Source of the DNA: Actinomycetota bacterium
GTDB lineage: Bacteria > Actinomycetota > Thermoleophilia > Gaiellales > Gaiellaceae
Assembly (NCBI GenBank): GCA_005885125.1
Contig: VAXU01000026.1
Coordinates: forward strand, 1,532-65,531
Length of the DNA: 64,000 nt
Direction: 5' to 3'
Below the pieces are notes generated by a model. That model searched no databases and was not told where the DNA came from. It saw only the letters and a list, made by a program, of their open reading frames with translations. The position numbers and the translations under genes are program-made. Shown piece by piece: positions 61,934-64,000 of the stretch; position 1 is the stretch's first letter; each line of letters starts with the position of its first letter.

Positions 61934-62886
61934 ACGTCTCCGTCGTCGGCGGCGGGTCGTGGGGGACGGCGTTCTCCGCGCTGCTGCGTGACCGTGGACA
62001 CGAAGTGACGCTCGTCTGTCGCGACGCCGAGCAGGCGCGGACAATCACAGCGACCGGTCACAACCCGCGGTACTTGCAAACCATCGACCTTCGCGGTCTG
62101 CACGCCATGCCTCTCGACGGTTCACCGCTCGACGAGTCCGAGCTGATCGTGCTCGCGGTCCCGAGTCGCGCGTTCGCGGAGGTCGCCGCGTCGCTGCCGG
62201 GAGACGCTCCGGTGCTCATCCTGACGAAAGGTCTCGACCCGGCGACCGGCCGGCGCCTGTCGACGCGCGTGACCGGACGCGGGGTCGCGGTCCTCTCCGG
62301 GCCGAACATGGCGGAGGAGGTCGCCGAGGGGCTCCCGTCGGCGACCGTGATCGCGAGCGAGGACCGCGCGCTCGCCGAAGAGCTGCAGCACGCCGTCAAC
62401 TCGATGGTGTTCCGGGTCTACGTGAACGACGACCTCGTCGGCGTCGAGCTCTGCGCCGCGGCGAAGAACGTGATCGCGCTCGCCGCCGGCGCCGTCGACG
62501 GCCTTGGTCTGGGCGACAACGCGAAGGCGAGCCTGATCACCCGCGGGCTCGTCGAGATGGCGCGGCTCGGCGAGGCCTGCGGCGCCCAGCCGGAGACGTT
62601 CTCCGGCCTGGCGGGAATGGGAGACCTGATCGTCACGTGTTTCTCGGGCTACGGGCGAAACCGCCGCGCGGGCGAGTTGATTGCTCGGGGCAGCACGCCG
62701 GAGGAGGCGGCTGCCCAGATCGGCCAGGTGGTGGAAGGCCTGACGACGGCGCCGGTATTGCGCGAGCTGTCCCACCGGCTCGGCGTCGAGCTGCCGATCA
62801 CGGAGGGCGTCTGCCAGGTGCTCGGGGGCCAGGAGCTCAGGGAATTGGTGGTCAACCTGATGGGCCGCGAGCCGACCCAGGAATGA
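61930..62886 (+). CDS. gpsA: NAD(P)H-dependent glycerol-3-phosphate dehydrogenase
   Basis: ATG 61930 (ATGA overlap). [30 protein letters not shown]. Confidence 0.9.
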   Translation: MNVSVVGGGSWGTAFSALLRDRGHEVTLVCRDAEQARTITATGHNPRYLQTIDLRGLHAMPLDGSPLDESELIVLAVPSRAFAEVAASLPGDAPVLILTKGLDPATGRRLSTRVTGRGVAVLSGPNMAEEVAEGLPSATVIASEDRALAEELQHAVNSMVFRVYVNDDLVGVELCAAAKNVIALAAGAVDGLGLGDNAKASLITRGLVEMARLGEACGAQPETFSGLAGMGDLIVTCFSGYGRNRRAGELIARGSTPEEAAAQIGQVVEGLTTAPVLRELSHRLGVELPITEGVCQVLGGQELRELVVNLMGREPTQE

Positions 62887-64000
62887 CGGCTACCATTCTG
62901 GGCGTGCGCGCCCTTCTCGTCGCCGCGCTGGCCGCTCTCGCACTCATCGCGGCGGGCTGCGGCGGCGGTGGCAAGGCCGGCGTCGCACGCGGTGCGACCC
63001 TCGGTGCCGATGCGGCGCAGCTCGTCCCGCCGGACGCCGCCGCGTTCGTCTCGGTCGACTCCAACCTCGACTCCGCGCAGTGGCAGCGCGTCGACGACCT
63101 GACGAAGAGCTTCCCCGCGCGCGCGAAGCTGCTCGACGACATCCGCGGCGAGCTTCAGAAGCGCGGGCTGAGCTGGAAGGACGACATCGCGCCTGCACTG
63201 GGCGCGGAGGTCGACCTAGCGGTGCTCGGGAGCGGCAAGAACGCCGAGTACGTCGCATTCGCGAAGCCGGACGACGTCGCGAAGCTGCGCGCGCTCGCGG
63301 CGAAGGTGAGCGAGGGGACGGACCACTACACGGTCGAGCAGATCGGCGGCTGGTCGGTCGTCGCCGACTCGCAGGAGCTGTTCGACAAGGTGCGCAGCGC
63401 GCAGAGCGGCCGCTCACTCGCCGACGTCGCGGCGTTCAACAACGCCTGGTCCTCCGTCTCCGGCGACGCGCTTGCGCGCGCCTACGTCAACGGCGACGCG
63501 CTCGCGGCGAAGCCGAAGCTCGTCAAGCTCGCCGGCAAACCAGACTGGTTCGCCGCGCGCGTCGCCGCCGACGGTGACGCGCTCCGGCTCGAGATCGCGA
63601 GTCATCCGCTCGCGGCGACTTCAGCGCCGAAGAAGCAGGCGCTCCTCGGCGACCTGCCTTCGGGATCCGCGCTCGCGGTCGCGTTCCACGGATCGACCGA
63701 CCTGCTCGCGCAGGCGTCGTCGACGAAGCTCGGCGCCAAGCTGCCGCTGAAGCAGCTCGCACCGCTCCTCGCGGGGGACGGCGCGCTCTACGTCCGTCCC
63801 TCGGGGCTGATCCCGGACATCGCAATCGAGCTGGCGCCCTCGGATCCGCAAGCCGCGCTCGCATCCGCCCGGACGCTCCTCCAGAAGATTTCCGGAAAGC
63901 TTGCACCGCTTCAGCTCACAGCTCAGCTCTCCGGTAGCAAGCTCGTCATCTCGGACGGCCCGGGCGCAGCCGCGGCGCTGCACGGTGGGTCGAAGCTCGT
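62883..64000 (+). CDS. Putative lipoprotein (DUF3352-like), 3'-truncated by window edge
   Basis: Not in the ORF track because there is no stop in the window. ATG 62883 overlaps the gpsA stop (GAATGA). [26 protein letters not shown] has a lipobox. I translated the frame by hand to base 64000 and found no stop. Confidence 0.7.
   Translation, partial: MTATILGVRALLVAALAALALIAAGCGGGGKAGVARGATLGADAAQLVPPDAAAFVSVDSNLDSAQWQRVDDLTKSFPARAKLLDDIRGELQKRGLSWKDDIAPALGAEVDLAVLGSGKNAEYVAFAKPDDVAKLRALAAKVSEGTDHYTVEQIGGWSVVADSQELFDKVRSAQSGRSLADVAAFNNAWSSVSGDALARAYVNGDALAAKPKLVKLAGKPDWFAARVAADGDALRLEIASHPLAATSAPKKQALLGDLPSGSALAVAFHGSTDLLAQASSTKLGAKLPLKQLAPLLAGDGALYVRPSGLIPDIAIELAPSDPQAALASARTLLQKISGKLAPLQLTAQLSGSKLVISDGPGAAAALHGGSKL

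Overview
Very GC-rich, actinobacterium-like chromosomal window. The lineage call rests on F420-class enzyme families, an Lhr/Nei pair, and an scpA-scpB-rluB...cmk-plsC-der-gpsA block resembling the mycobacterial Rv1708-1713 region. I can support about 67 protein-coding loci and found no rRNA, tRNA or CRISPR array by eye. All family calls come from motif recognition in the translated ORFs; no database search was possible. Layout: 1-12 kb holds miscellaneous enzymes, secreted peptidases and DNA glycosylases. 12-19 kb holds the lhr helicase and a frameshifted nei. 19-28 kb holds secreted-protein and cupin paralog pairs plus transporters. 28.3-30.4 kb holds a ParA-like ATPase gene that overlaps, and appears translationally coupled to, an atypical ftsZ. 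30.5-38 kb holds a MacB-type ABC pump, a secreted HExxH protein, ggt and a long coiled-coil protein. 39-45 kb holds F420-type and other small enzymes and one IS5-family element. 45.6-64 kb is a conserved housekeeping block (ECF sigma/anti-sigma, lgt, scpAB, rluB, trpS, DAHP synthase, tyrA, aroA, cmk, plsC, der, gpsA, and a lipoprotein gene running off the window). Main second-look items: (1) the parA-like/ftsZ pair sits outside any dcw context, and this FtsZ has a ~120-aa disordered N-terminal extension and almost no C-terminal linker. (2) Interrupted genes are unusually dense: frameshifts, one in-frame TAG, and apparent internal deletions that remove catalytic segments. (3) Two families of intergenic palindromic repeats occur, and one copy abuts the IS end. 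(4) Several tandem paralog pairs of unknown function are present. Many long Arg/Ala/Pro-rich ORFs in the track are antisense or off-frame shadows of real genes and were not called.
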